From: an uncultured Pseudobdellovibrionaceae bacterium | GTDB lineage: Bacteria; Bdellovibrionota; FAC87; UBA2466 | Length of the DNA stretch: 64,000 bases | NCBI GenBank assembly: GCA_964611895.1 | Contig: CAZTDN010000019.1 | Span: 577 to 64,576, forward strand | Direction of reading: 5' to 3' | Part shown: positions 18,353 to 27,705 of the stretch, piece after piece | How positions within the stretch are numbered: the first letter of the stretch is position 1 | Layout of the letters: each line of letters starts with the position of its first letter | Translations under genes and position numbers: made by a program | Notes under the pieces: model-generated | The model's input: the letters and a program-made list of their open reading frames with translations, nothing else | What the model was told of the DNA's origin: nothing | Databases searched by the model: none

Positions 18353-19348
18353 ATGCGTATTTTCTTTTGGTTGGGCTTGGTTTCTTTTCCGGCGATGGCG
18401 TCGGCGCTCATTAATGGGGCGGGGGCGAGCTTTCCTTTCCCACTTTACGCAAAATGGTTCTCGGATTACCAAAAACTCCATCCCGACGTGCAGATCAACT
18501 ACCAGTCGATCGGAAGTGGCGGGGGAATTCGCCAGTTCACTCAAAAAACCGTCGATTTTGGAGCAAGTGATGCTCCCATGACAGCCGAACAGATGGCCGA
18601 TGCGAAACAGCCCATCTTGCATATTCCGACGGTATTGGGCGCGGTGGTGCTCACTTATAATCTCCCCGGTTTTACTGGTCCCCTCCATCTTTCGGGCGAA
18701 GTGATTGCTGCCGTATTTCAAGGAAGCATTACCCGATGGAACGATCCCAAAATTCGAAACACCAACCCAAAGGCAAATCTACCGGACATGCCGATTTTGG
18801 TGGTCCACCGGGCAGATGGAAGTGGAACGACCGCAATATTTACGGATTACCTCTCTAAACAAAATGGAATATGGAAGGCAGGCAGTGGCACCGCTGTGAA
18901 ATGGCCCGTTGGGTTAGGTGGCAAAGGGAACGAAGGTGTTGCTGGGCTGGTGAAGCAGACTCCTGGCTCGCTCGGGTATGTGGAGCTGATCTACGCAAAA
19001 AATAATCAGCTCGAGTATGCATCTGTTCGCAACAAAGCCGGGAGTTGGGTGGTGCCGGATTTGGCTTCGGTGAGTGCCGCGGCAAGTGGTGTTGTGGTTC
19101 CTGAGGATTTTCGGGTGTCGATTACCGATCCTGCGGGAAAGAGTGCTTATCCCATCGCTGGGTTTACTTACCTGTTGGTGTGGAAGGACCAGGCTGATGT
19201 CGACAAGGGCAAGAAGCTGGTCGATTTTCTGGGGTGGGCTCTAAAAGACGGGCAAAAGGCAGCTGCATCGCTTCATTATGCTCCACTTCCTCAGGGATTG
19301 GTTGCGAAGATTCAAGCAAAAATTGCTACGATAGCTGTAAAAAAGTAA
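18353..19348 (+). CDS. pstS: phosphate ABC transporter substrate-binding protein
   Basis: GGAGGA RBS at 18343, signal peptide MRIFFWLGLVSFPAMASA, and INGAGASFPFPLYAKW...YQSIGSGGG PstS motifs. The ORF-track start 18155 overlaps phoX. Confidence 0.85.
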   Translation: MRIFFWLGLVSFPAMASALINGAGASFPFPLYAKWFSDYQKLHPDVQINYQSIGSGGGIRQFTQKTVDFGASDAPMTAEQMADAKQPILHIPTVLGAVVLTYNLPGFTGPLHLSGEVIAAVFQGSITRWNDPKIRNTNPKANLPDMPILVVHRADGSGTTAIFTDYLSKQNGIWKAGSGTAVKWPVGLGGKGNEGVAGLVKQTPGSLGYVELIYAKNNQLEYASVRNKAGSWVVPDLASVSAAASGVVVPEDFRVSITDPAGKSAYPIAGFTYLLVWKDQADVDKGKKLVDFLGWALKDGQKAAASLHYAPLPQGLVAKIQAKIATIAVKK

Positions 19349-19448
19349 GTTATTCCAATGTCTTAATTGTGCCTAGACGGTGCCTGGGAACCCTAATGCA
19401 TTCCTAACATTCCGCGGAAGGGAATTTAGGATAAAACCAGTGCGCACT

Positions 19449-20459
19449 ATGAAAGCTGGTACTCTCCAAAGCCCCGCGGCGACGCACCATAGCGGTTGGT
19501 CACTCCCACTTCCGAGTGCTCGCCGTTTTGCGGCCAATCCAGGTCGGCGGGATCGTCACTGGGGCGATCGCTTTTTTTTCTGGCTAATGACTCTTGCAGG
19601 AATGAGCGTTTTTGCTCTGCTTGTCTTGATCGGCGTTTATTTGGCAGTGACCGCCTTGCCCACCGTCGAACAATTCGGCTGGAGCTTTTTAATTCGCAAT
19701 AACTGGGATCCAGTAAACGGCGAATTCGGTGCGTTGGCTTTTGTTTATGGAACCATCGTCTCCTCTCTGGTGGGCATGGTTCTGGCGACTCCTCTCAGTG
19801 TCGGGATTGCCCTGTTTCTGAATGAGCTGGCCCCACGAGCAGTTTCTAAAACTGTGGGTTTCTTGGTCGAGATGCTCGCAGCGATTCCCAGCGTGGTCTA
19901 TGGATTGTGGGGAATTTTTGTTTTAGCTCCGTGGTTACGCACCGACGTCGAGCCGTTCTTGGGAAAATACTTTGGTTTTATTCCGCTGTTTCAAGGAGCG
20001 CCTTACGGAGTGGGCATGATTACCGCCGGTATTATACTGGCGATTATGGTAGTGCCCACCATTTCGTCGCTTTGCCGCGAAGTGTTTCGGGCAATCCCGC
20101 GCTCCAGTCGGGAGGCCGCACTGGCGTTGGGGGCTACTCGGTGGGAGACAATGAGCCTTGCTGTCTTGAAATCTTCCAAAACGGGGATTTTTGGCGCTGT
20201 GATTTTGGGGCTGGGCAGGGCTTTGGGTGAGACCATGGCGGTGACGATGGTCATTGGAAACCGCAATGATATTTCTTTTTCGCTTTTTGACCCAGCCCAA
20301 ACCATGGCCAGTGTCATCGCCAATGAATATGCCGAAGCGACGACTAACCTGCATGTCGCTGCGCTCGCGCAAATTGGACTGACTCTGTTTGCTGTTACTT
20401 TTGTGATAAACGGCATTGCTCGTGTTTTCATTTGGCGAGTAAAAGGCAAGTCGCGATGA
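19449..20459 (+). CDS. pstC: phosphate ABC transporter permease PstC
   Basis: RRDRHWGDRFFFWLMTLAG N-terminus typical of PstC, an EAA-like loop, six TM helices. Start chosen at the internal ATG. Confidence 0.85.
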   Translation: MKAGTLQSPAATHHSGWSLPLPSARRFAANPGRRDRHWGDRFFFWLMTLAGMSVFALLVLIGVYLAVTALPTVEQFGWSFLIRNNWDPVNGEFGALAFVYGTIVSSLVGMVLATPLSVGIALFLNELAPRAVSKTVGFLVEMLAAIPSVVYGLWGIFVLAPWLRTDVEPFLGKYFGFIPLFQGAPYGVGMITAGIILAIMVVPTISSLCREVFRAIPRSSREAALALGATRWETMSLAVLKSSKTGIFGAVILGLGRALGETMAVTMVIGNRNDISFSLFDPAQTMASVIANEYAEATTNLHVAALAQIGLTLFAVTFVINGIARVFIWRVKGKSR

Positions 20460-21331
20460 AGGCTGTCCAGCTACAAGAATACATGAATGAGAGCTATGCG
20501 AAACGTCGCTGGTTCGATCGTTTTATGCGCTTGGTCTTGGTGGGAGCAGCTGTCGTAGCTCTGGCCCCCTTATTTAGCGTCCTCGCTTATGTAGTGAGCA
20601 AAGGGGCTGCGGGACTGAGCTGGGATTTTTTCACGCAGCTTCCTAAACCTGTCGGCGAGGTCGGTGGCGGAATGGCCAATGCACTGGTGGGTACGTGCAT
20701 TTTAGTCGGGCTGGCCGCGCTGATTGGAATTCCCTGGGGAGTAGCAGCGGGAGTGTATCTTTCGGAGTATGGCCGCACTCGCGTTGCCGGAGTGGTGCGG
20801 TTTGGAACAGATATGTTGGCCAGCGTGCCTTCAATCGTTATTGGGCTTTTTGTGTCCGCGCTTTTGGTCATTCCCATGGGCGGTTTTTCTGCACTGGCTG
20901 GAGGGGTAGCGCTGGGGATTATTATGATCCCTACAGTCGCTCGAAGTACTGAAGAAATGCTGCGTTTGGTGCCAACACATATTCGTGAGGCGGGCCTTGC
21001 TTTGGGGTTGCCTCGGTGGAAAGTGATTTTGCGAATTGTCTTGCGAGGGTGTGTCAGCGCGATTACCACCGGCGTCATGCTTGCGATTGCGCGGGTGGCG
21101 GGGGAAACGGCACCACTCCTTTTGACAGTCTTGAATAACCGATTTTGGCACCAAGGCCTTTCACAACCTATCGCTTCTTTACCTGTGCAAATTTATAATT
21201 ACGCGGCCTCCCCATTTGAAGAGTGGCATGCTCAGGCCTGGTCAGGAGCTTTGGTCTTGGTTTTGCTTGTTTTCGCAATGAACATCAGCGCTCGTCTTTT
21301 TTTTAAGACTGATGCAGTAGGACGCGAATGA
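20456..21331 (+). CDS. pstA: phosphate ABC transporter permease PstA
   Basis: ATGA overlap with the pstC stop. TM profile and EAA-like motif ([13 protein letters not shown]). Conserved order pstSCAB. Confidence 0.85.
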   Translation: MKAVQLQEYMNESYAKRRWFDRFMRLVLVGAAVVALAPLFSVLAYVVSKGAAGLSWDFFTQLPKPVGEVGGGMANALVGTCILVGLAALIGIPWGVAAGVYLSEYGRTRVAGVVRFGTDMLASVPSIVIGLFVSALLVIPMGGFSALAGGVALGIIMIPTVARSTEEMLRLVPTHIREAGLALGLPRWKVILRIVLRGCVSAITTGVMLAIARVAGETAPLLLTVLNNRFWHQGLSQPIASLPVQIYNYAASPFEEWHAQAWSGALVLVLLVFAMNISARLFFKTDAVGRE

Positions 21332-22107
21332 TGGAAGAAAAATCTACGGTCGAGCCGATTTTAAAGGTCCGTTCTCTCAATGCTTGGTTTGGAGAGAGTC
21401 ATGCGTTGAAAGATATCTCTTTGGATATTCCGCCCAACGCAGTTACCGCGGTCATTGGGCCGTCGGGTTGTGGGAAGTCGACTTTTATTCGTTGTTTGAA
21501 TCGCTTGCACGAAGAGGTCCCGTCTGCCGGCGCCCAGGGTGAGGTCCTGCTGGGGGGGATGAACATCTATGGAGACGGGGTGGATCCCGTCGGTATTCGC
21601 CGCAAAATTGGGATGGTATTTCAAAAGCCCAATCCTTTTCCTTCGCTGAGTATTTTTGACAATGTCGTCGTCGGGTTGAGGTTGGCTGGAATTCGGCGGC
21701 GTACCGTATTGCGCGAGATCGTGGAAAGAAGCTTACGCCAGGCAGCGCTTTGGGATGAGGTCAAAGATAAACTCCATGCGCCTGGGACAAGTTTGTCCGG
21801 AGGACAACAGCAGCGACTTTGCATTGCGCGCGCTCTGGCGGTGGATCCCCCGGTCTTGTTGATGGATGAGCCAACGAGTGCGTTGGATCCCATTGCGACG
21901 GCAAAAATCGAAGAATTGATCCTAGATCTCAAGAAACAGGTTACGATAGTGATCGTGACGCACAACATGCAGCAAGCGGCGCGTATATCGGATCGGACTG
22001 CATTTTTTCTGATGGGAGAGCTGGTAGAGTTTGGGGAAACCTCTACGGTATTTACTGTGCCTAAGGAAGAACGCACAGAGCGTTACATCACCGGGAAGTT
22101 TGGATGA
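21328..22107 (+). CDS. pstB: phosphate ABC transporter ATP-binding protein PstB
   Basis: Walker [10 protein letters not shown], signature [15 protein letters not shown], Walker [12 protein letters not shown]. Confidence 0.9.
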   Translation: MMEEKSTVEPILKVRSLNAWFGESHALKDISLDIPPNAVTAVIGPSGCGKSTFIRCLNRLHEEVPSAGAQGEVLLGGMNIYGDGVDPVGIRRKIGMVFQKPNPFPSLSIFDNVVVGLRLAGIRRRTVLREIVERSLRQAALWDEVKDKLHAPGTSLSGGQQQRLCIARALAVDPPVLLMDEPTSALDPIATAKIEELILDLKKQVTIVIVTHNMQQAARISDRTAFFLMGELVEFGETSTVFTVPKEERTERYITGKFG

Positions 22108-22123
22108 GTGAAGGGCTGTCGGC

Positions 22124-22798
22124 ATGAACCAACGACACATTGATGCTGGGTTGAGTAGTTTAAACCAGAAACTCCTTACGATGGCGGGGTTTGTGGAACA
22201 GGCAGTTGAATGTGCAACAGATGCCTGGCGATTTCGCAATATCGCCAAAATTGCGGATGTGTATGCCATCGAGCAAAAGGTGAACAAGGCTCACCTGGAT
22301 GTCGATGCGGCCTGTGTTCAGCTCCTAGCCTTGCAGCAGCCGATGGCTGCCGATCTGCGTTTCATTGTTTCGTGCATCAAGATCAACAACGACCTCGAAC
22401 GTATGGTGGATTTGGCAGTAAACATTGCTAACAACACCGAGTTTTACCTTCAGAACCCGCCTGCCATTCACATTGAAGATCTGTCCCAGATGGCGGACGA
22501 GGTAAGGGTGATGGTGCGTGAAGTCTTGGACGCTTTTGTAAAAACCGATGAACGTTTGGCGCGGCGAGTGCTCAGTCGAGACGATCGGGTCGACGCCTAT
22601 AAACGGAAAATAGTTCAGGATTGCCTGGATGAAATGAAAAAAGACACCAGGGTTACCGAGCAAGGGATGAACCTGATATTTATCGCTAAAAACCTAGAAC
22701 GCATCGGCGATCACGCTACGAACATTTCCGAAGATGTTATTTTCAGTGCTTCTGGTCAGGATATTCGCCATGCCACTGATCAGAAGCCTACCAAGTAA
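22124..22798 (+). CDS. phoU: phosphate signalling complex protein PhoU
   Basis: Two PhoU repeats (DLRFIVSCIKINNDLERMVD; NLIFIAKNLERIGDHATNI), ~224 aa. Confidence 0.85.
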   Translation: MNQRHIDAGLSSLNQKLLTMAGFVEQAVECATDAWRFRNIAKIADVYAIEQKVNKAHLDVDAACVQLLALQQPMAADLRFIVSCIKINNDLERMVDLAVNIANNTEFYLQNPPAIHIEDLSQMADEVRVMVREVLDAFVKTDERLARRVLSRDDRVDAYKRKIVQDCLDEMKKDTRVTEQGMNLIFIAKNLERIGDHATNISEDVIFSASGQDIRHATDQKPTK

Positions 22799-22815
22799 TT
22801 CCGTGTTGAAGAGGA

Positions 22816-23523
22816 GTGGAGATGGGCTCCCAAGTTCTCATTGTTGAAGACGAAAAAGACATCGCTGATTTGATGACCTTGCACCTAAAGCGAGAAGGGC
22901 ATCAAGTAGTGTCGGTCGACAATGGCGAAGAGGCCATACGACTCTTAACCTCATCCTTGTCCCCATCCAGCTCATTTGAGCTGTTGATTTTGGATTGGAT
23001 GTTGCCGGGTTTGTCGGGCCTAGAACTGATAAAAAAGATCCGGACAGAAAAAGGGGCTACGAACGTTCCCGTGTTGATGGTCACAGCGCGTGCGCATACT
23101 TCAGACATTGTTTTAGGGTTGGAAATGGGTGCGGATGATTACCTGACAAAACCCTTTGAGCTTCCAATATTTTTAGCTCGGGTCCGCGCGCTTCTGCGTC
23201 GGGGTAAGGCAGTAACGTCGGCCGAAGAGGTCACTACTTACTCTATGGGTGATCTGCACTTAGACCTCGCTGCGTATCAAGTCACTTGCGGCAAAAAAGA
23301 GCTCCAACTCACGCCAAGCGAGTTCAAACTTCTAGTGGCTTTGGCCAAGAGCCAAGGACGCGTACTCACCCGCGAGCGGCTGATTGACCTGGTGCAAGGA
23401 GAAGGAGTCACAGTCGTAGATCGGGCCATCGACACCCATATTTTTGGACTGAGAAAGAAATTGGGAAAGTGCGCCGACGTCGTCGAAACCATCCGGGGTG
23501 TAGGGTACCGGGTTCGAATTTGA
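22816..23523 (+). CDS. phoB: phosphate regulon response regulator PhoB (OmpR family)
   Basis: Receiver domain (VLIVEDEKDIADL...LILDWMLPGLSGLEL...KPF) plus OmpR-type winged helix (ETIRGVGYRV). Sits immediately after phoU. Confidence 0.85.
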   Translation: MEMGSQVLIVEDEKDIADLMTLHLKREGHQVVSVDNGEEAIRLLTSSLSPSSSFELLILDWMLPGLSGLELIKKIRTEKGATNVPVLMVTARAHTSDIVLGLEMGADDYLTKPFELPIFLARVRALLRRGKAVTSAEEVTTYSMGDLHLDLAAYQVTCGKKELQLTPSEFKLLVALAKSQGRVLTRERLIDLVQGEGVTVVDRAIDTHIFGLRKKLGKCADVVETIRGVGYRVRI

Positions 23524-23558
23524 GTGTGTTAAGATAGGGGCTCTTAACCTTTGTCAGG

Positions 23559-25253
23559 TTGCAGATGCTCCCGGTAGATACTCTAAGAAAAGTTACCCAA
23601 TGCATCGGAACCCTTTGTGGGGTGATTTTAATTTCTACCTGTGGTTCCTCGACTCAGTGCGAGACGATTTCTGGGACTCAGTGGGTCCCTTCGGTTCCGA
23701 GCGCCAGCGCGTCAAACCACAACTCCGGCATCACTGTCACTTCTTCCACGCAAACAAGTGCTGTCCCGATTATCGGAATGGGGCAGGCCGCCCCATCGAG
23801 TGTGGAAGTCAGTTTTACCATCGACATGACCCAAGACTTGGGGGCTCTGGGTTCGATCACTCTCGTGGCTAAGACGAAGGATTACCCCAGCTCCTTGAGC
23901 GGAGGAGCGTTTCCGATGCTCGTATCGCTGCACGACGGGACGAACGAATACATTAATTTGGCGCGGTCGGGCTCGGGAGGAGACTGTGCTCAGAGCGGCT
24001 ACTTTACCTGCAGCGGCGGCAGTTGTTCTGCCAACTCCGCTTGTACCATTAGCTACCCAAGCGCCTACGCCAGTCGAACACACTGGGAACAACATCAAGC
24101 ACCGAATGTATCAGCGGAGGATTCCCCAAGTACCAATACTTTTCCCACCTGTAATTGGTCCGGCGGGACGAATGGATCGGCAACCCGGCCTTCGTGTGCG
24201 TTTAACTCGACTTTTTTTCCGGGGGCGTATTCTCCAGCGCGTTTGCGTTATGGGGTTTCCTATACGGCAAAGTATGTCTTGGTGGCGGATTCTTATTCGA
24301 CCGTCACTTCCAAAACTGCATCCATCGAGCTGACCGTCTATAAACGCCAGACACCGGCGTCCGCTGCCGCCTCGGCAGGGGCCGTCGATCTCAATATTTT
24401 TCTTGTGGGTGATACCAATGTCCAGGCTTCGCGTACGGCTATCGGGCAGAGGAACCTGAACACACTCGTAAACTCCGTCGGGGATTATTACAATCAAGCG
24501 GGCGCAGAGGTGAAACTGGGGAGTGTGAATGCGGTAGAGTGGGCTTGCGCGACCGGGGGAGAGTCTTATTCCGCGCTCAACGTGAGTAGTTTAGGGACGA
24601 TGCTTAAGGACGGAAGCGCATTGGCTCCGAGTGGCACTGAAGGCAAGGCAGTGAATGTTTTTCTGGTGAGCACTATAACGGATGATACCGATTCCACCGC
24701 TTCGGGTTTTACTATCCTGGGATTCGATGGCGCAATCGGAGCTCCGCCCATTAATTCCACGGCGATCAGCGGGCTTACAGTAGCGACCTTTGATAATCTG
24801 GACAGCTTTAACCCAGCTTGTCCGAGCGAAGATTCTCTTTGTGCCGCGAACGAGCAAGACGCGGATTTCCAAGAGCTCGGTATCGTCGTAGGACATGAGA
24901 TTGGGCACTTTTTTGGTTTGAACCATTTGAGCGAATCGACCGGGGATTCGCACGACGGAATTACCGACACCCCAATCTGCCAGCTGCCGGGTGGTTACTC
25001 TTATATCTCACTCAATGTTTGCTTGAATCATGACACTTCCGTTTACCCGGAGACCGGACAGACATGTAATGCGTCTTGTTCTGGCTACAACTCCAGCACG
25101 GGGACGTTTTGTCCCACGAATGCCGCCTGTAGTTTTAATCACCTGATGTGGTGGACGACCAAGAATTTTCACGAGGCTTCGGGTGCCGGCGATGGCAATC
25201 TGATCACAGCAGATACCGGGGTGGTTCTAAATTACAGTCCTTTTGTTCAGTAA
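23559..25253 (+). CDS. secreted Cys-rich metzincin zinc metalloprotease, M43 (pappalysin/cytophagalysin)-like
   Basis: Signal peptide, Ser/Thr/Cys-rich body, and HEIGHFFGLNH (HExxHxxGxxH) followed by DGITDTP, as in M43 metzincins. Confidence 0.55.
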   Translation: MQMLPVDTLRKVTQCIGTLCGVILISTCGSSTQCETISGTQWVPSVPSASASNHNSGITVTSSTQTSAVPIIGMGQAAPSSVEVSFTIDMTQDLGALGSITLVAKTKDYPSSLSGGAFPMLVSLHDGTNEYINLARSGSGGDCAQSGYFTCSGGSCSANSACTISYPSAYASRTHWEQHQAPNVSAEDSPSTNTFPTCNWSGGTNGSATRPSCAFNSTFFPGAYSPARLRYGVSYTAKYVLVADSYSTVTSKTASIELTVYKRQTPASAAASAGAVDLNIFLVGDTNVQASRTAIGQRNLNTLVNSVGDYYNQAGAEVKLGSVNAVEWACATGGESYSALNVSSLGTMLKDGSALAPSGTEGKAVNVFLVSTITDDTDSTASGFTILGFDGAIGAPPINSTAISGLTVATFDNLDSFNPACPSEDSLCAANEQDADFQELGIVVGHEIGHFFGLNHLSESTGDSHDGITDTPICQLPGGYSYISLNVCLNHDTSVYPETGQTCNASCSGYNSSTGTFCPTNAACSFNHLMWWTTKNFHEASGAGDGNLITADTGVVLNYSPFVQ

Positions 25254-25256
25254 GAG

Positions 25257-25835
25257 GTGTGTATGTTTCACAAGATTTTGGGGGTGTTGGCTTTGTGTGG
25301 CCTGGGTGCCTATGCAGATAGTGCCCCATTGAAAGCTAGGCTGGAAGAGGCCTTGCGTCAGCGAAATGTTCCTCGATCGGCACAGTGGTGGACCGAGCAG
25401 GGGGCTGAAGTTCCCGGGCTCTTGGTACAGATTTATCAGGAGAACAAAGGAATTCGCTCCCGTATTTCTGCGATAGAAGCATTGAGGTTTTTTTCAGATG
25501 CAGACACGGCTGTGTTCTTAAAAAAAGAAGCATTGGGTGCGAGCAACTTGTCGGTGAGGCGCTTGGCATTGCGTTCGATAGCGCTTTCGCAAGGGCTGAA
25601 AGAAAAAGCTTTTTTCCAAGAGGTTTTCAAAGATCCCAATCCACAGATTCGTTGCGCTGCCGCGGAAGCATTAATCCAGCTAAAAACAGAAGAGGCGAAC
25701 GCTCTGGTAACTGAATACCTCGCAAACGAAACAGTGCCCTGGATTCATACGCGTCTTGACCCTCCCAAAAGACGCGGGTTGCATCGACAAGCAGTCCGAC
25801 GAGCGACTCCGCCAGGGTTAGATCCACGCATGTAA
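25257..25835 (+). CDS. periplasmic HEAT-repeat (PBS-lyase-like) protein
   Basis: Signal peptide MCMFHKILGVLALCGLGAYA, then several ~30-aa repeats (IRSRISAIEALRFF..., VRRLALRSIALSQ..., DPNPQIRCAAAEALIQL) typical of HEAT/PBS-lyase repeats. Confidence 0.5.
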   Translation: MCMFHKILGVLALCGLGAYADSAPLKARLEEALRQRNVPRSAQWWTEQGAEVPGLLVQIYQENKGIRSRISAIEALRFFSDADTAVFLKKEALGASNLSVRRLALRSIALSQGLKEKAFFQEVFKDPNPQIRCAAAEALIQLKTEEANALVTEYLANETVPWIHTRLDPPKRRGLHRQAVRRATPPGLDPRM

Positions 25836-25878
25836 AGGGTATGACAGGCCTTTGCCCTTGGGGTAGTGTTTAGGTCCG

Positions 25879-27654
25879 ATGGCAGCCGGAACGGTAGCAA
25901 AACTTTTTCCCTGGCGTATTTTTTATCGAGTAGCGCTAGTTCAGTCTCTGCTTATTCTACTGGCTCTAGCGTCATCGGGTCTGGTGGCTCGGCAGTTGCT
26001 AAAACGCCAGTTTGTCCTCGAAATCCAAAGTCGAGTAAATGATGTCTTGTCTCTTGTCCTGCAGAGAGTCCCCGCTTCTCCCAATGCAGATTGGTGCAAA
26101 ACCCAATCCCTACCCAGCTCAATTCGCCTGACCTTGATCCGAAAGGATGGCTCGACGGTTTGTGATTCTAAGTCAGAGCCTCAATCTTTGGGCAACTTGT
26201 CCGATAGGGAAGATTTTCAAGCCGCCCTCAAAACCGCACAGATTGCTTTTGATCGATCTCCTGGTTTGTTGTCGGGGGCGCTTTTGCATCCAGCGAGTGG
26301 GGCGGTTCTACGCGCGGAAATTTCGCTTCTAGAACTGGAGCAAACCCTGCGCGTGTTTGATACGAGCTTTGGAATCGCACTGGCGGTAGTGGCGTCCATT
26401 CTGGGTGGTTTGGCGATTTGGCTTGCAAGGCGTTTGGTGTTCCCTCTGGGGCGTTTGATTCTCAAAACGCAGCGACTTGTCTCTCAACAGCCGGAGATGG
26501 TCTCTCGTGATGATCTGACCAAAGAAGTTTTTGATGAGTGGGCAGACTTGGAGTCCAACATCGATCGCCTCAAGCGAGATCTCGCTGCTAAAACGCAAAG
26601 TCTGTCCATGGAGCAGTTGGAGCTGGACACGATCATGGGCGCTATTTCTGACGCTATTTTGGCGGTGGACCCTGAGGGCAATCTGCTTTTTTATAACAGT
26701 CGTTTTGAAGTGCTTTTTGGTAGTGACGCCTTGCGGAGCCGGAACCTCAAACTGTGGGGGATTTTTCGGGAGCCGGATATCTTGAGCACCTTTGAAGCCG
26801 CGCTAAAACAGGGGAGGGCCGGTGGAACCAAAGCTATCTCCCTAGAACAAAACCAGGGGCCCCGTCGTTTTTTTGCGCTATCGGTGTCACCACTCCGAAA
26901 ACAAGATGGCGCAATCTATGGCGCGCTGGGAATTTTTCACGATGTCACTGAACTAAAGTCAGCAGAACAAATGCGCATTGATTTTGTGGCAAATGTGTCG
27001 CACGAGCTGCGCACTCCGCTCACGGTGATCAAAGGGTACGCAGATACGCTCCTGTTGGATTTCAAAGATAAAAACTCTGATGCACTCGAGTTTTTGAACA
27101 GTATCGCCCGCAATAGCGATCGGCTCATGAATTTAATGAACGACCTGCTGGATCTTTCGTCCTTGGAATCTGACAGCATTATCCAGAAAGACGCTATCAG
27201 TACGGAAGAGATTACCCAGCGAATCGTCAAGCAGTTGCAGGGCGCCTTTGATGCAAAGCAGCAACACATCGAAACCACGTTTGAGGCAAAGACTGTGGTG
27301 GCTGACGCCCAGCGACTAGAGCAGGTTTTGGTCAATTTGTTGAGCAATGCGAATAAATACACTCCGTCCGGTGGCGAGATCCGAGTGAACTGGTTGCCCA
27401 GTGGTAGAGACACATTGCTGCAGGTGGCCGACTCGGGTCCCGGAATTCCGGTGGAGCATCACGGCCGATTGTTCGAGCGGTTTTACCGAGTAGACAAGGC
27501 GCGTTCGCGAGAGCAGGGTGGCACAGGATTGGGGCTCGCGATTGTGAAGCACATTATGCAAAGGCATGAGGGAGCGGTTTGGGTGGAAAGCACTCCGGGC
27601 GCGGGAAGCGCGTTCTTCTGTCGTTTTCCCAAAAGAGAAGTTGAAAAAGTATAG
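25879..27654 (+). CDS. phoR: phosphate regulon sensor histidine kinase PhoR-like (TM, HAMP, PAS, HisKA, HATPase)
   Basis: H-box SHELRTPLT, N-box LLSNANKYT, G-boxes DSGPGIP and GGTGLGLAIV. A PAS-like segment precedes HisKA. Confidence 0.8.
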   Translation: MAAGTVAKLFPWRIFYRVALVQSLLILLALASSGLVARQLLKRQFVLEIQSRVNDVLSLVLQRVPASPNADWCKTQSLPSSIRLTLIRKDGSTVCDSKSEPQSLGNLSDREDFQAALKTAQIAFDRSPGLLSGALLHPASGAVLRAEISLLELEQTLRVFDTSFGIALAVVASILGGLAIWLARRLVFPLGRLILKTQRLVSQQPEMVSRDDLTKEVFDEWADLESNIDRLKRDLAAKTQSLSMEQLELDTIMGAISDAILAVDPEGNLLFYNSRFEVLFGSDALRSRNLKLWGIFREPDILSTFEAALKQGRAGGTKAISLEQNQGPRRFFALSVSPLRKQDGAIYGALGIFHDVTELKSAEQMRIDFVANVSHELRTPLTVIKGYADTLLLDFKDKNSDALEFLNSIARNSDRLMNLMNDLLDLSSLESDSIIQKDAISTEEITQRIVKQLQGAFDAKQQHIETTFEAKTVVADAQRLEQVLVNLLSNANKYTPSGGEIRVNWLPSGRDTLLQVADSGPGIPVEHHGRLFERFYRVDKARSREQGGTGLGLAIVKHIMQRHEGAVWVESTPGAGSAFFCRFPKREVEKV

Positions 27655-27705
27655 CGATTCCGAATAACTTAGTGATGGCGCGGATTTCCAACCTGGGGAT
27701 ACAAC

